From NCBI GenBank assembly GCA_965369655.1, contig CBDUQR010000003.1, positions 43,225-107,224 of the forward strand: DNA of 64,000 nt. Reading direction: 5' to 3'. The DNA is from an uncultured bacterium. GTDB lineage: Bacteria > Zixibacteria > MSB-5A5 > JAABVY01 > JAHJOQ01. Position 1 is the stretch's first letter. Every line of letters begins with the position of its first letter. The notes beneath the pieces are model-generated. The model made no database searches and was not told the DNA's origin. It saw only the letters and a list, made by a program, of their open reading frames with translations. The translations under genes were made by a program, and so were the position numbers. Shown here one piece after another: positions 61,455-64,000 of the stretch.

Positions 61455-62573
61455 CTAAAGCACATCCTTGCCCGAAAGCATCGCAAATCCGGTCTTGAGG
61501 CTCTCCGAGAGGAGCGCCTTTTCATCGGGATCCTGAGCTTTCTCTATCTCATCGGTCATCTGGTTTATGAACTGCCCGAGTATGGTCGTCGGTGGGAAAT
61601 TCAGTTTTTTCAGGTCATCCGGGACCGCCGAAGTCGTATCTGCTATATCGAAATAGAGAAACTTGTCTGTCAGGTTCGCGTGGAGTTCGTCCAGACTGAT
61701 GATGTTCTCCGAGGAGGCGAGCCCGGTAAGTTTGACTCTCACGAGCCGGTCTTCTCCAACGTATTTCAGGAGCTCCCGCTCGACCTCTATCGTGTACTGG
61801 AAATTAGCCGTTGACAGCTCGATCTCCTGCCAGTTGGTTTTCCCGACTCGGCGTTTCTCGATCTCGACTTCCTGATCCAGTTTGACTATGAGATAATGCC
61901 CCGCACCGGTCTGATCAAACGCGACGGTCTCCGGTGCTCCGCTGTAGATTGCTTTGGTATTCTTAGTCGGCAACTCGAAATAAGAATGCCAGTGACCGAG
62001 GGCGATATAGTCGAATCCGGAATCGTCGATGTCATCCAGCCCGAATGGGTGATCGTCCTCAGCGGTCTTCTGTGGTATCATATACGATCCATGAGCGAGG
62101 AGCACATGCTTGCCGTCACCCTCGATACGCTTCACGGATGAAATCGGATTCTTCTTCGATCGTCTCGATACGTTCGGTGTCCCGTAGAGAATCAAATCCT
62201 GATCCTCAAGACGAATAACCGGGTCTTCAGGATCGACAAATATCTTCAGGTTGTCCGGCTTTTCGTTCTCATCGAGGCTGAGGTAGACGGCTCCCTGTTC
62301 GAGGCAGTCGTGGGTTCCGGGGAGAATCACACATGGTATTTTCCCGAGCCTCTCGATTTCGCTCAGGGCGAATCTGATCAGCGAATTGGACACCCGATTT
62401 GAATCGAACAGATCACCTGCGATCAGGAAAGCATCTACGTTTTCCTTGATCGCAGCATCGATCATGTCGGAAAACGATCTTTTCAGGGATGCCCTGACTC
62501 TGTCGCCCGACTTACCGAGGCCGGACAGCTTGATGCCGAGATGTATATCGGCGGTGTGGAGTAATTTAATCAT
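61455..62573 (-). CDS. YhaO/SbcD/Mre11-like metallophosphoesterase DNA nuclease
   Basis: 'HTADIHLG', 'AGDLFD', 'PGTHD', 'AHG', 'YIALGHWH', 'YSGAPE'. Confidence 0.92.
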   Translation of the reverse strand: MIKLLHTADIHLGIKLSGLGKSGDRVRASLKRSFSDMIDAAIKENVDAFLIAGDLFDSNRVSNSLIRFALSEIERLGKIPCVILPGTHDCLEQGAVYLSLDENEKPDNLKIFVDPEDPVIRLEDQDLILYGTPNVSRRSKKNPISSVKRIEGDGKHVLLAHGSYMIPQKTAEDDHPFGLDDIDDSGFDYIALGHWHSYFELPTKNTKAIYSGAPETVAFDQTGAGHYLIVKLDQEVEIEKRRVGKTNWQEIELSTANFQYTIEVERELLKYVGEDRLVRVKLTGLASSENIISLDELHANLTDKFLYFDIADTTSAVPDDLKKLNFPPTTILGQFINQMTDEIEKAQDPDEKALLSESLKTGFAMLSGKDVL

Positions 62574-62690
62574 GCGACTCTGCGAACGTTCGTGAACGGT
62601 TTCGATTTGCTACTATTATCGGAATGATTGTGCCCAAAATCAACCGTATCCTGCCTGCGCCGGCAAAAAACTGAGCCAAATGGCGATAAA

Positions 62691-64000
62691 TCAGTCTTTT
62701 TCAAGGCGATTCACCGTTTCCACGTGAAAAGTCTGAGGAAACATGTCGACCGGTATACAATCCTTCAGGCTGTAGCCCCAGAGCCGGAATTGTTCGAGAT
62801 CGCGCGCGAGGGTCGAGGGATTGCAGGAAACATACACTATCAGCGGAACTTCGAGTCTCGCAAGTCGCCGAACGACCTTGTTGCCCATTCCGGCTCTCGG
62901 CGGGTCGACAACCACCCTGTCGAACTTCGCTTCACCTTGCACCTGCGTTTGCAGGAAACGGGCGGCATCTGCGGCTACAAAGCTGCAATTCGTCACGCCG
63001 TTCTCCGGTGCATTCCGTTCGGCCAGATGAACAGCTTTCTCATCTACTTCGACTCCCAAAACCGATCTGACGTACTCCGAGATATAGAGTGAGATCGTTC
63101 CACAGCCACAGTACAGATCGAGGACTTCCTGGTCGCCGGAAAAATCAGCCAGCTCTAATATCTGATCGTAAAGCAGCGGTGTCTGTAACGAGTTTGTCTG
63201 CAGGAATGTGGTCGGGGCAACAGCGAACTTGTGCGAACCGATCGTCTCGTAGAGCGCTTCGCTGTGCCACAGTAATTCTTCTCGTTCACCGGTTGCGACA
63301 TTGGCCGGGGTCGAGTTGATCGTCCTGTAGATTGCCGCTATCTCTGGGAAGCTCTCGGCGAGCGTCGAGACAAGCTTATCGAGCTGGGAAGATTCGCCTT
63401 CATTCGTGACTATGTTGACGAGGACTTTGCCTGTGCATTTGCTGTCTCTGATAACAAGAAACCTGATGAAACCTTCGTGCCGACTGATATGATACGTGGG
63501 AATTCCGAGTTCGTTGACAAGTTTGCGCGTCATCTGCACGATCTCGTTCGATTTCGGGGACTGGAGAAGACACTCATCGACGTCGAAAACTTCGCTCCAT
63601 TTCCCGCGCACATGTAAGCCGAGTCTCGCCGGGGCGTCAGGCATCGGGAGAAAGGAGAACTCCATTTTGTTTCTGTAGAACAACTGCTCACCGCCCGCTA
63701 TGATCTTCCTGATCGGCGGGTCCTCGATTCCCCCTATCCGTACAATAGCGTCGCGGATGAATTCTTCTTTGTATTGTAGTTGTTTCCCGTACGGTACGAT
63801 CTGAAAACTGCACCCTCCGCAGATATCGAAGTGCCTGCACTGCGGATGGATTCGATCAGGCGACGGTTCGAGAATCTCTTCGACCCTCGCTTCGAAATAG
63901 GATTTCTTTTTTTTCGTTATTGTCGCGAGGACTCTATCGCCAGGAATTCCACCCGATACGAATACGACTCTGTTATCGACTCGACCGACGCCCCTTCCGG
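62691..64000 (-). CDS. rlmD: 23S rRNA (uracil-C5)-methyltransferase RlmD (5' end outside the window)
   Basis: Frame open to the window edge: TRAM domain, 'CRHFDICGGC', 'YRNKMEF', 'DLYCGCG', 'DPPRAG', 'YVSCNPSTLARD', 'DMFPQTFHVE'. Confidence 0.95.
   Translation of the reverse strand, partial: GRGVGRVDNRVVFVSGGIPGDRVLATITKKKKSYFEARVEEILEPSPDRIHPQCRHFDICGGCSFQIVPYGKQLQYKEEFIRDAIVRIGGIEDPPIRKIIAGGEQLFYRNKMEFSFLPMPDAPARLGLHVRGKWSEVFDVDECLLQSPKSNEIVQMTRKLVNELGIPTYHISRHEGFIRFLVIRDSKCTGKVLVNIVTNEGESSQLDKLVSTLAESFPEIAAIYRTINSTPANVATGEREELLWHSEALYETIGSHKFAVAPTTFLQTNSLQTPLLYDQILELADFSGDQEVLDLYCGCGTISLYISEYVRSVLGVEVDEKAVHLAERNAPENGVTNCSFVAADAARFLQTQVQGEAKFDRVVVDPPRAGMGNKVVRRLARLEVPLIVYVSCNPSTLARDLEQFRLWGYSLKDCIPVDMFPQTFHVETVNRLEKD

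Overview
Bacterial chromosomal window containing the replication-origin region (dnaA-oriC-dnaN-recF-DUF721-gyrB-gyrA, all on the minus strand). It also carries the end of a type IV pilus/T2SS-like operon (PilMN-O-P-secretin), a pgsA-pgpA-cinA-thpR-recA-recX-alaS-GGGPS-gmhA-O-antigen ligase gene run, an exosortase/EpsI cluster, rrf2-mrp, a ~2.5-kaa surface protein with a FlgD-Ig/T9SS-like C-terminus next to a PorV-like barrel, thyX-nrdJ preceded by tandem NrdR boxes, a YhaO/YhaN-like nuclease-ATPase pair and a partial rlmD. The gene content suggests an FCB-superphylum lineage such as Zixibacteria, but this is inference only. I saw no rRNA, tRNA or CRISPR. The most unusual signals are non-coding. 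(1) A phased 41-bp array of CTTTAAT-N13-ATTAAAG palindromes covers the predicted promoter of a Fic-wHTH gene. (2) A small GIY-YIG nuclease, bracketed by REP-like palindromes and a 21-bp tandem array, sits between gyrB and gyrA with a passenger gene. (3) A nested repeat system: a ~200-226 bp TIR element inserts at one position in a REP hairpin, carries the GIY-YIG-type palindromes, and in one copy encodes the last 10 codons and stop of alaS. Novelty cannot be confirmed without database searches.
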